DNA of 44,977 nucleotides from an uncultured delta proteobacterium (GTDB lineage Bacteria; Desulfobacterota; RBG-13-43-22): NCBI GenBank assembly GCA_963743305.1, contig CAVUPH010000001.1, positions 1 to 44,977 of the forward strand, read 5' to 3'. Shown piece by piece: positions 21,303 to 29,671 of this stretch (position 1 is its first letter; each line of letters starts with the position of its first letter). The notes under the pieces were generated by a model. It saw only the letters and a program-made list of their open reading frames with translations, ran no database searches and was not told where the DNA came from. The position numbers and the translations under genes were made by a program.

Positions 21303-21554
21303 ATGCAGCTTACCGTTAGAATGCCGGATGAATACGAACCCCTTTTGGACCGCCTTTCAAAAGAGATGGCTCTTAAGCGATCGGATATTGTCCGAATGGC
21401 CTTGAAACATTTTCTTGAAGAACATCAGGAATCGCCGGTCCAGACCCCATTTCAGAAAGTCCGTCACCTGCTGGGAGTGGCGGAAAGCGGCGTGAAGGAT
21501 CTGGGGGAAAACCACCGGGCCTATCTAATTAAGAAAATAAGAAAATCCGCCTGA
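21303..21554 (+). CDS. ribbon-helix-helix (CopG-like) antitoxin
   Basis: MQLTVRMPD..KRSDIVRMAL..GVAESGVKDLGENH. Confidence 0.85.
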   Translation: MQLTVRMPDEYEPLLDRLSKEMALKRSDIVRMALKHFLEEHQESPVQTPFQKVRHLLGVAESGVKDLGENHRAYLIKKIRKSA

Positions 21555-21960
21555 TGCGGGTCATCCTCGATACTGGTCCTGGGTGGCCCTGATTGACCGG
21601 AGCGAAGCCCGGCATCCGGAATGCATCGAGTGGTTGGAGCACTTCGAAGGAGAGATCTATACCACTGAAGCGGTCTTAACCGAGGTCATCTATCTCCTTA
21701 ATTTTTCTCTACAGGCCCAAACGGCGGCCATCGAGCACATCCTCCTGGGATTAATGGTTCTGGTTCCGGCCAGTCTTTCGAGCCTGACGCGGGCCAAGAG
21801 GTTAATAGAAAAATACCATGATCTTCCAATGGATTATGCGGACGCCACCCTGGTATGTCTGGCCGAAGACCTGTCCCTCCCGGATATAGTAACTTTCGAT
21901 AAACGGGATTTCGGTATTTACCGTTTGCCTTCCGGACGCTCTTTCCATATCCTGCCTTAA
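21554..21960 (+). CDS. vapC: PIN-domain VapC toxin (1-nt frameshift near codon 9)
   Basis: MRVILDTGP, then ALIDRSE..VLTE..KYHDLPMDYADATLV..TFDKRDF. Confidence 0.85.
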
Positions 21961-22017
21961 ACCTTCCTTAGACCCTGCCGTTAGATCGTGTGGCAGGAAT
22001 TGAACGTCTGGAACCCC

Positions 22018-23013
22018 CTACTCCAAAACCAGGTGGGAGAGGAGAATCTCAACGGTGACTATGCCGGTGAAGATCAAAAAGCAGAGGATCGAGGCCAGGG
22101 CCAATTTTTTCTGAATCCCAGGCAGTGTTTCGGAGAGACTTTTTATTTTTTTAAACGGCATCAGCACCCCGGTGCCGATCCCGGTAATGGCCCCTCCCAG
22201 GAGGGTCAGGTAGAGCGGGTACCCAATATAATGATAGTCCTTTTGAAGCAGGCAGAAGGGACAGGAATGGGTCGGGAGCTCATAAATATAGAGGGAGATG
22301 AATGAGAAAATGGAGCCGATGGAGACGAGTAAGGCCAGGGCGCTCAAACCCGAGAACAGGAGGCCTCCCCGGCCTTTCCAAAAGAAATAAAATCCCGAGC
22401 CGATGGTCAGAGGCAGGATGATATAAAAGGCCGCCATGGCCTGGACCTTAGGGAAAAGAAAGATCCCCGAAGGAAGAACGCTGCTCCCGGTACTAAAAAG
22501 AGTCCCGCAGCAAGAGGTAATAATATCCGGTTTAAGACGAAGGAAGTAGTTGGCTTGCAGTACCATCTCTAAAAGTATCAAAGGAACCAGCAGCAGGAAA
22601 AAAAAGTACTTTTTTTTGATCAGTGGGTAATCCTCGCCCTGGTGGTCCACATAATTCACTATCAGCCAGATTCCGGCGAGAAGAAAATTGATCAGCTTGA
22701 CGATGAGTGTCGGATAGCCGTAGGGATTGACGTAGAGCGATCCCGCGGCGCACATGGCGCCCACAAAAAGCGGGTGGAGTTGTTCCGCCGTAAAAATATA
22801 TAGAAAAAAGGACAGGAGTTCAAAGCCGAAGGCGTAGGCCAGGAGGGTTGAGATCAGGTACGTTTTTCTCTCGATCGCTAACTGCAGCTCGCTGCCGCTT
22901 TTCAGGTCCCAGCGCCACAAAATCTGCAGGGCCTGCGGCGCTGCGTAGAGGATCATGAAAGTCACCAACAGGGAACCTACGTAAAGGGCCAGGATGGTAG
23001 GATGGAAAAGCAC
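22018..23013 (-). CDS. polytopic membrane protein with Cys/His motifs, last gene of ABC operon
   Basis: Several hydrophobic segments; GAMCAAG, ITSCCG, YELPTHSCPFC. Confidence 0.8.
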   Translation of the reverse strand: MLFHPTILALYVGSLLVTFMILYAAPQALQILWRWDLKSGSELQLAIERKTYLISTLLAYAFGFELLSFFLYIFTAEQLHPLFVGAMCAAGSLYVNPYGYPTLIVKLINFLLAGIWLIVNYVDHQGEDYPLIKKKYFFFLLLVPLILLEMVLQANYFLRLKPDIITSCCGTLFSTGSSVLPSGIFLFPKVQAMAAFYIILPLTIGSGFYFFWKGRGGLLFSGLSALALLVSIGSIFSFISLYIYELPTHSCPFCLLQKDYHYIGYPLYLTLLGGAITGIGTGVLMPFKKIKSLSETLPGIQKKLALASILCFLIFTGIVTVEILLSHLVLE

Positions 23014-23058
23014 GAATAACCTCGTTAGATTCTTTATCCATTGTTCTGAGAATTTGTC

Positions 23059-23778
23059 TCAAACGAAAATCGTAAGGATCTTCAGCGGAATTTGGAGGCG
23101 CTGAATTGGGTACATACCAGACTCCGTTGTGAATCCTGTAGAGAGAGACCGGCGTGTACGAGTATGGGCGACAGCATTCTTGCGGCAGCGATCCTTCGCG
23201 GAGAACTTCCCGTTGCCTTCAGCGATGTTTAGCGCCACTCCCGTCGATGCCCTGTCTAACGCAATTTCTACCGAGCGGGCAACGTCTCCATTTCGTCCCA
23301 ACCCGACGCACCAACGAACAAAGTCCAGCGCCTTCCGGTAGACATCGAGCCTTTCATGATCAAACCATACCAGATTTCCAATAGTATTTCCCGTTTCATA
23401 CGGGACGCGCTCCTCGCGGAGCTCTCTGCCGGTTGACTGCCGAAAACCGATCAGCATGGCGACAACCGCGGAGATACGTCCTTTCCCTTCCTGGGCCCTC
23501 TTAGCCGCCAGATAGCCCAGAACACTCAGGACATCAAGACAAGCGGCACATTCCAGTGCAGACCCGTAGGCGGTGTCGATGAATTGACGCCGTTCGTTCC
23601 CTGATCGTTTCCCGGTTGCTTCGGCGATGTTCACCGGAATGCCGGACGAAGCCCTAATCAGGTGATCGCGGGCGGACACGCTTCTCTTGATGCTCGGGAT
23701 CACTCCTTCCAGCCAGGCCACAAATTCTATCGCCCCCTGATAGACTCTCAGGTTCTCATGATCAAACAGCGTGCGCAT
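23059..23778 (-). CDS. tandem four-helix-bundle protein (23S rRNA IVP / bAvd-like fold); second domain truncated at about 23183
   Basis: FDHENLRVYQ..RASSGIPVNIAE..AYGSALECAACLD, then a second FDHERLDVYR..RASTGVALNIAEGNG; the tail reads through the repeat arm. Confidence 0.88.
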   Translation of the reverse strand: MRTLFDHENLRVYQGAIEFVAWLEGVIPSIKRSVSARDHLIRASSGIPVNIAEATGKRSGNERRQFIDTAYGSALECAACLDVLSVLGYLAAKRAQEGKGRISAVVAMLIGFRQSTGRELREERVPYETGNTIGNLVWFDHERLDVYRKALDFVRWCVGLGRNGDVARSVEIALDRASTGVALNIAEGNGKFSAKDRCRKNAVAHTRTRRSLSTGFTTESGMYPIQRLQIPLKILTIFV

Positions 23779-23821
23779 AGTCGGCTCCCGTACTCGTACA
23801 CGTACTCGTACACGCGAATCT
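23085..23821 (-). mobile_element. hairpin-armed four-helix-bundle element, copy B (carries most of the gene)
   Basis: Arms at 23151-23164 and 23791-23815 in inverted orientation around the gene. Confidence 0.75.
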
Positions 23822-23865
23822 GCCCCCCCGCGATGATCTGAATAGCCTGTTGCAAGTTATAATAA

Positions 23866-24146
23866 CAGACTCTGCTATCAATCCCCAAATAAAGACCGGC
23901 GTGTACGAGTACGTGTACGAGTACGGCGATAGCATTCTTGGTTGACTATTCTTCTGTCAGGCTCCGCTGCCAGGCACGATCATCGCTCGACTATTCTTCT
24001 GTCAGGCTCCGCTGCCAGGCAACGAGCATCCGCACGGCATCCGCCAAAAGCCCTTTACCCTCCATCGTTTTCTGCTTCAATTCCACCTGCCGTGCACATT
24101 GTCGGCTTCCGTACTCTTACACGTACTCGTACACGCAAATCTCCCC
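23866..24146 (-). mobile_element. hairpin-armed element, copy C (start codon plus gene 3' end)
   Basis: Arms 23899-23923 and 24112-24136; minus strand 24095-23991 encodes ARQVELKQKTMEGKGLLADAVRMLVAWQRSLTEE*; 33-bp direct repeat 23944-23976 / 23989-24021. Confidence 0.75.
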
Positions 24147-24152
24147 GTTCGC

Positions 24153-24872
24153 TCAATACTCAGACCAGAGAGTTCCAGGGTCGGAGACGGGCAATTCAGC
24201 TACACCTCTATCTCTTCCATCCCGCACATTGACCACCCGGTCCACCACCGGGGATTCGTACACCAGAGGATCGTGGCTCGACAGGAGCAAGGTTTTCCCC
24301 TCGGCTTTCAGTTCCTGAAGGATTTCCATCAAGGCCTGGGAATTCGCGGTATCCAAATGGGCGGTGGGTTCGTCGGCAATGATGATCGAGGGATTGTTGA
24401 TCAAAGCCCGGGCAATTGTCACGCGCTGGGCCTCCCCCCCGGAGAGCCATTGGACCTTGGAATAAGCCTTGGAGGCGACATGTAATAGTTCTAACAGGCG
24501 CAGCCCCCTTTTCTTCAAGGCGGCATGGGCCTCTCCCAGGGGATAGGCGGGCAACAAAGCATTTTCCAGGGCGGTGATGCCCTGGATAAGATTGGGCTGC
24601 TGGAAGATAAAGCCAAAGGTTTTTCTGCGGATCTCCGTGAGGAAGCGCTCCGGAAGGCTGGTAATCTCGCGGTCCTGAAGCCAGATCCGGCCCTGGGTCG
24701 GCCGGGTCATGCAGCCGATCAGGCTCAACAGGGTCGTCTTGCCCGACCCGCTGGGACCTTTCAAGACGGTGGCCTGCTGATCTTCCAGGGACAAGCTGAC
24801 CCCTCGAATCGCGGCAAATTCATTGGGCTTACCGGCATTAAAAACTTTTTTGATTTCAACCAGTCTGATCAT
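24153..24872 (-). CDS. ABC transporter ATP-binding protein (LolD/MacB-like)
   Basis: GPSGSGKT, LSGGEAQR, IIADEPT, SSHD. Confidence 0.93.
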   Translation of the reverse strand: MIRLVEIKKVFNAGKPNEFAAIRGVSLSLEDQQATVLKGPSGSGKTTLLSLIGCMTRPTQGRIWLQDREITSLPERFLTEIRRKTFGFIFQQPNLIQGITALENALLPAYPLGEAHAALKKRGLRLLELLHVASKAYSKVQWLSGGEAQRVTIARALINNPSIIIADEPTAHLDTANSQALMEILQELKAEGKTLLLSSHDPLVYESPVVDRVVNVRDGRDRGVAELPVSDPGTLWSEY

Positions 24873-26002
24873 CGCATCACCGAATCCGGGTCAACAATAG
24901 CCGCCCTCCAGGAGGGGATAATCGTCGCCACCGTGTAGGGAACGACGACCAGAAAAAACAACGCCGCCACTTGCGCCCCATCGATATAAGGGGTGATCGT
25001 AAATCGAGGATACAGGACGGACCATCCTTTCAGCACCGGCTCAAAAAGGATGGCGGAGGCCAGGAACACATGGGCATAGGCCAAAAGGACCCCCGGGAGG
25101 AAGGCGGAGAGCGATATCGCCATCCCTTCCCAGAACTTCATCAGGAGCACGTCCGAAGTCTCCCAGCCGATCGCTTTGAGAATCCCGATCTCCTTCCGTT
25201 CCTCCATACTCGGGCCCGAGGCTTTATCCCAGGCAAAAATAATAAAAGCCAGCACGCTCCCGAAAAGGATGGTGATCAGAAGGCCACCGCGCCAACTGAA
25301 AACGGCGTCGTAGGTCCGTAGGATTTCCCCCCGCAGGATTTGCCGGGTATCGGGAAAGGTCTCGGCCACTTTTAAGGCAATGGTCGAAAGCTCCCTGGGA
25401 TTTTTGACCCGCACCGCCAGATCGGTCACGTAATCCCCGGTGAGCCCGAAAAGCCCCCGGAAGTCCTCTTCGGTGATCAGGACCAGGTCGGAAGAAACCA
25501 GCCCTACCTCCGACGGGAAGATCTTGTTTATTTTCAACTCCCGGATGACCCCGGCGGATGTCCTGAATTCGAGTTCATCCCCTTTCGAGGCCAGCCTCAG
25601 CCTGGCGACGCCTTCGCCGACGGCGATGCTTCCGGGAACCACCTCCGGGTCCTCCGAAACCAGGAGGGTGTAATTAGCGCCTACGATCGGATCGTAGTAG
25701 TATCCCCACAACCGCCCCCGGGCCGATTGGACCCCCCGGATTTTTCTGACTTTTTCCAGGTAGCTCAAGGGGATCAATTCGTGCCGGCCCGCGACCAACT
25801 TCTGAACGATCATTTCCGGCGCTTCCGCGAGCAGGATCGAGGCTTCTTTCTGGATGGAGCGCGTAAAAAAGACCACCGAAGCCAGCAGAAAAACGATCAG
25901 GGTGTAGACCAGGACCAGGGCCGCGTTCTTTCTTTTCCTTCGAAGCAGCGCCGCCAGGGAAAAGTCGAGGATATTCTTCTGCCGTTCAATCCAGGTGCGC
26001 AT
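24869..26002 (-). CDS. FtsX/LolE-like ABC permease
   Basis: N-terminal TM, periplasmic loop, ERKEIGILKAIGW, IIPSWRAAIVDP. Confidence 0.9.
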   Translation of the reverse strand: MRTWIERQKNILDFSLAALLRRKRKNAALVLVYTLIVFLLASVVFFTRSIQKEASILLAEAPEMIVQKLVAGRHELIPLSYLEKVRKIRGVQSARGRLWGYYYDPIVGANYTLLVSEDPEVVPGSIAVGEGVARLRLASKGDELEFRTSAGVIRELKINKIFPSEVGLVSSDLVLITEEDFRGLFGLTGDYVTDLAVRVKNPRELSTIALKVAETFPDTRQILRGEILRTYDAVFSWRGGLLITILFGSVLAFIIFAWDKASGPSMEERKEIGILKAIGWETSDVLLMKFWEGMAISLSAFLPGVLLAYAHVFLASAILFEPVLKGWSVLYPRFTITPYIDGAQVAALFFLVVVPYTVATIIPSWRAAIVDPDSVMR

Positions 26003-26041
26003 TTAACTAAGATTTCCTTCCTGAGATCCATAGGCGTTAAC

Positions 26042-26198
26042 AGAGATAGGCGTGTACGAGTACGTGTACGAGTGCGCGTCGCCTATTTCGTCCCAGCCGG
26101 GTCACGAATTCAATCGCCTCGTCAACCAGGCTTCCTCACTTCCGTACTCGCACGTACTCGTACACGCAAATCTTCCCTGCTTCTTAATCAAGTCCGCC
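26042..26198 (-). mobile_element. hairpin-armed element, copy D (short internal remnant)
   Basis: Arms 26050-26074 and 26145-26167; interior 26091-26120 encodes EAIEFVTRLG, homologous to GAIEFVAWLE of the copy B gene. Confidence 0.72.
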
Positions 26199-26494
26199 TA
26201 TTTCCTATTTCCAATCTTATAAGGAGGAACCATCAGCGACCCCGATGGAAAATGCTCCAACGACAGGGGGGAATCCTGAAAGGGGGCATGAAAATCCGCC
26301 TGGCTGGGATGCCGGGTGTAGCGGGCCTCGGTAAAGAGGCAAAGATCGGTCAGACCGTGGCGCCTGACCAGGTCCAGCTTTTTCTCAAACAGTTCGGCCT
26401 CCGCTTTTTTATCAAAGGAGGCGTACATAAAGACCAACCCCAAAAGAAGAAGATTAAAAAAAGTGTACAGAAGGAACAAGCTCGATTTTCGCAT
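26198..26494 (-). CDS. small membrane-anchored hypothetical protein, first gene of ABC operon
   Basis: N-terminal TM; GLTDLCLFTEARYTRHPS..APFQD.P..LEHFPSGS. Confidence 0.75.
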   Translation of the reverse strand: MRKSSLFLLYTFFNLLLLGLVFMYASFDKKAEAELFEKKLDLVRRHGLTDLCLFTEARYTRHPSQADFHAPFQDSPLSLEHFPSGSLMVPPYKIGNRK

Positions 26495-26545
26495 AGGGAA
26501 TTACAATAGTTTACTGGGCTGTTTTTAAAAAGGAAAAAATGAAAT

Positions 26546-26584
26546 TCCCCACCCCCTTTCTGACGCCAAAAGGGGGTGGGGGAT
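26546..26584 (-). terminator. probable intrinsic terminator after beta-propeller gene
   Basis: TCCCCCACCCCCTTT / AAAGGGGGTGGGGGA inverted repeat with a T-rich tract downstream on the minus strand. Confidence 0.65.
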
Positions 26585-26608
26585 TCAGTTGGATCGAATG
26601 TCCAACCG

Positions 26609-28876
26609 TTACCTATAAATCAAAGGCAGGGCGACCGGAAAAAGAATCTTGGTAGTAGTAAAGGTCGCGAGCGTATCCCGGGGGCTGGTGGGAGGACTGC
26701 TGGCGGCGGTGGCTGTAACCGTGACCGTGTCGGTCAGGGGGGTCAGACCCGCGGGCACCAAGGTCTGGACCGTTATCTCCTGAATAGCGTCTATAGCCAG
26801 GGGACCGACGCTGAGCGGTCCGACCGTAGTCCAGGCGTTTCCGCTGTAACTCATATTGAACGTATCCGCAACGCCGCTGGTATTCTTGACAGTCACCGGA
26901 TAATTGACTATGGTCCCCGGGTGGCCCGAACCCGCCTCATGGATCGGTATGATATAGGGCTGGATGGTCCACAGACGGCCCTGTAAGGGCGTTAGCCCGG
27001 CCGTGGGGTCATCGCCGCCGTAAAGGATGCCCTGGGAGTCAAACCCCAGGCCGCTGACGTTCTGGTATGGTGTGCTCAACAGGGCGTTTGTCCCGGTGTT
27101 GGAATACAGTTCAGAGACCCCGGTAGCCGGGTTATAGCGCCAAACCCCACCCACATCCCCCACATAGAGGAACCGGCTGCCGTCGTAAGCCAGCGCCAGG
27201 GGGGCTGAAATCAGGGGGGCCTTGGGCGTGGCCAGGCAGGCCCCGGTGCAAGCGGCCGCTGCGTTGATCACCCCGAGTCGAACGGATCCGGCCACGTACA
27301 GGGCGGGCCCGACAAAGGCCAACGAGGAGCCGCGGCCCCCGGCCCCGGCCGGTTCGTTGCCCACGGGTTCCAAGACCTGAGCGCTGCCGACCTCCGGGTT
27401 CGGGATCCGCTTGATGGTCCCGTCCTTCAGGAAGCTGACATAAAGCTTGCCGTCCGGACCCAGGGCGCTGCCCACCGGCTTATTGGTATCCAAATCAGCG
27501 CTCCCCACAGATATGGCCACCGGGTCCGTAACCGTTTCGGTAAGCGGATCGAAGGTCAGGCGAAACATACCGGCACCGCTTCTGGCCGCGGCAATATCGG
27601 GCAAATAGACGAAGTTGTTCAGCGGGTCAAAGGCGGGCTGACCGGCAGCCGTGGGCCCCCCATTCAGGACACCGATGCAGGTACCGGCGTTGATCACCAG
27701 GCTGCCCGGTGTCAGCCCGGGATCCAACCGGCATAAACCCTGGAGGTGATCGGAGATCCAGAGATGTGTGCCCATGAAAACCGTCCCCTCAGGCACGGTG
27801 ACACCGCCGGTCGCCAGGGAACCGACCACCATACCCGTGGCCACCGCGCCCGGGGCCTGACCGGCCAGGATCTCCCAGAGACGGCCTTGAGCGACCCCCA
27901 AACCGGCTGTTGGATCATCTCCCGCAAAAAGATTGTGGGCGTTATCGAAGCCCAAACCGCTGACGTTCTGGAACGGCAAAATGGCGGGACCCGCTACTCC
28001 CCCGTTGGCAAAAAGGACCGTGGGATTCACGTTGGTCGTATTGAACTGCCAGACGCCCGAGGCATTTCCTATATAGAGAAAAGAGGTGCCCGGATCTAAG
28101 GCCAAAGAAAGCGGCGCGGTAACCGCAGTGGCAATCGGCGTAGCCGTACAGCCCCCGAGAGTGCAATTCGTCGCCGGATCGACAATCCTTCCAGTGCTCA
28201 ATGATCCGGCCACATAGAGGTCGAGCCCGGCAAAGGCCAGGTAGGAGCCGCGGCCTCCGGCCCCGGCCGGTTCGTTGCCCACGGGTAGCGGGACCTGAAG
28301 GGTCCCGACATTCGGCGCCGGGATCCGCATGATCGTCCCATTCTTCAGGAAGCTGACATAGAGATCGCCGTTACCATCCAGGGCGCTGCCCACCGGCTTA
28401 TTAGTAGCCAAATCAGTGCTGTTCACGGCTATGCCGACCGGGCTCCCGACCGTTTCGTCGATGGGATTGAAGGTCAGGCGAAACAGGCCGACGGTGCTTT
28501 TGGTCGCAGTGTCAGGCAAATAGACAAGGTTATTCACCGCATCAAAAGTGGGTTGGCCGGGCGCCACGGCGGCTCCACTCGCGGCATTGGCACAGGTACC
28601 CGCATTGATGACCAAGGTGCCGGGCGTCGCCCCTGGATCCAATCGACAAAAGCCCAAGAGGTGGTCTGAAATCCAGAGATGTGTTCCCATGAAAACCGTC
28701 CCCTCAGGAACGGTGACACCGCCGGCTGCCAGGGTGCCCACGGCCGAGTAGGATGGAGCCGGAACGCCGGCAATCAAAGTAAAAACAACAAAAATGGAGG
28801 CGAGCGATATCAGCATGAAACGTCGATCCCGCGCCTTCCTGATAAAATCCCTCCCGATAGTCGTTGGTCTGTCCAT
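26609..28876 (-). CDS. secreted protein with two ~305-aa beta-propeller-like repeats and a C-terminal Ig-like domain
   Basis: Signal peptide; GGVTVPEGTVFMGTHLWISDH repeated; VKNTSGVADTF..VTVTATA Ig-like end; tail VALPLIYR. Confidence 0.8.
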   Translation of the reverse strand: MDRPTTIGRDFIRKARDRRFMLISLASIFVVFTLIAGVPAPSYSAVGTLAAGGVTVPEGTVFMGTHLWISDHLLGFCRLDPGATPGTLVINAGTCANAASGAAVAPGQPTFDAVNNLVYLPDTATKSTVGLFRLTFNPIDETVGSPVGIAVNSTDLATNKPVGSALDGNGDLYVSFLKNGTIMRIPAPNVGTLQVPLPVGNEPAGAGGRGSYLAFAGLDLYVAGSLSTGRIVDPATNCTLGGCTATPIATAVTAPLSLALDPGTSFLYIGNASGVWQFNTTNVNPTVLFANGGVAGPAILPFQNVSGLGFDNAHNLFAGDDPTAGLGVAQGRLWEILAGQAPGAVATGMVVGSLATGGVTVPEGTVFMGTHLWISDHLQGLCRLDPGLTPGSLVINAGTCIGVLNGGPTAAGQPAFDPLNNFVYLPDIAAARSGAGMFRLTFDPLTETVTDPVAISVGSADLDTNKPVGSALGPDGKLYVSFLKDGTIKRIPNPEVGSAQVLEPVGNEPAGAGGRGSSLAFVGPALYVAGSVRLGVINAAAACTGACLATPKAPLISAPLALAYDGSRFLYVGDVGGVWRYNPATGVSELYSNTGTNALLSTPYQNVSGLGFDSQGILYGGDDPTAGLTPLQGRLWTIQPYIIPIHEAGSGHPGTIVNYPVTVKNTSGVADTFNMSYSGNAWTTVGPLSVGPLAIDAIQEITVQTLVPAGLTPLTDTVTVTATAASSPPTSPRDTLATFTTTKILFPVALPLIYR

Positions 28877-29175
28877 GCTTCCTCCCCTAAATCTCCTTTT
28901 GATTGTTGGGTTGCCTGCGTTGGCCTTGACTTTGCAATCCTTTTTATGAATAATTTCATTGAATCTAATTTATAATGAACCTCTAAAAAAAAGAATGGGG
29001 TGAATATGGTATTTTTATGAAAATAATACTATATTTTGAGTAAAATTGATAGGCACGCTCACCACCATCCTGCCCTGGCGGAGCCGCCGCCTCTCCCGCC
29101 GGGGAAAAGAGGAATAAAATCAGGAGTTCAGATAGGATAGGAGTTCAAAAAAATCCGGTTAAAGGTCTTAATGAG

Positions 29176-29604
29176 ATGGATATTAAGAGAATTGAAAGTA
29201 TTGGGCGATTGCTTGGGATGATTCGATTCCTGCTCCCCGTTCTGCTCCTTTTTTCCGTGACCGCCCTTCCGGCCGAGGCCTTGGAGGCCCGGAAAGCCAT
29301 GGGCGATTATGAAGTAGGAATAACCATTAACCGGAACCCGCCCAGTGTGGGGGAGAACCCTATCGAAATCGAAATCAAAGGCCCCGGGGGCCGCCGGATA
29401 ACGGAGGCCCAGGTGCTGGTGAACTATTATATGCCTCCCATGCCCCGCATGGCCCCCATGAACTACATCACTCCGGCCGACTTGAAAGGGGACCGCTACC
29501 GGGCCGTCATGCACCTGATCATGGACGGCCCCTGGATCATCGCCCTGAAAATTACCCTGGGCGGAAAGAAGTCCACCGTCAAGTTCCAGATCAATGCCCG
29601 GTAG
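29176..29604 (+). CDS. FixH/YtkA-like exported protein (start may be 29218)
   Basis: Signal peptide; NPPSVGEN..ITEAQV..YYMPPMPRMAPM..MDGPW. Confidence 0.8.
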   Translation: MDIKRIESIGRLLGMIRFLLPVLLLFSVTALPAEALEARKAMGDYEVGITINRNPPSVGENPIEIEIKGPGGRRITEAQVLVNYYMPPMPRMAPMNYITPADLKGDRYRAVMHLIMDGPWIIALKITLGGKKSTVKFQINAR

Positions 29605-29671
29605 ATACTACAAATTCAAAATCCGACCAAGGATCTGTATAACAAATAACCTTGACCAAGCGGCCCTACAA

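Noticed and set aside
20774-22018. Integron cassette array of TA modules
   Set aside because: No integrase and no convincing attC (RYYYAAC..GTTRRRY) structures found by eye.
23151-24136. CRISPR array suggested by recurring ~25-bp GTACGAGT repeats
   Set aside because: Repeats alternate in orientation, spacing is irregular, the interiors are gene remnants, and there are no cas genes.
23059-24146. Diversity-generating retroelement (Avd-like gene plus 33-bp repeat pair)
   Set aside because: No reverse transcriptase in the window. The 33-bp copies are identical, with no adenine-specific differences, and simply duplicate the gene's last codons.
25727-26509. ORFs containing RVRVRV / TRTRTR / YSYTYSYT (also 15080..15325, 23938..24318)
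   Set aside because: They are translations of the 12-mer repeat arms, mostly antisense to real genes.
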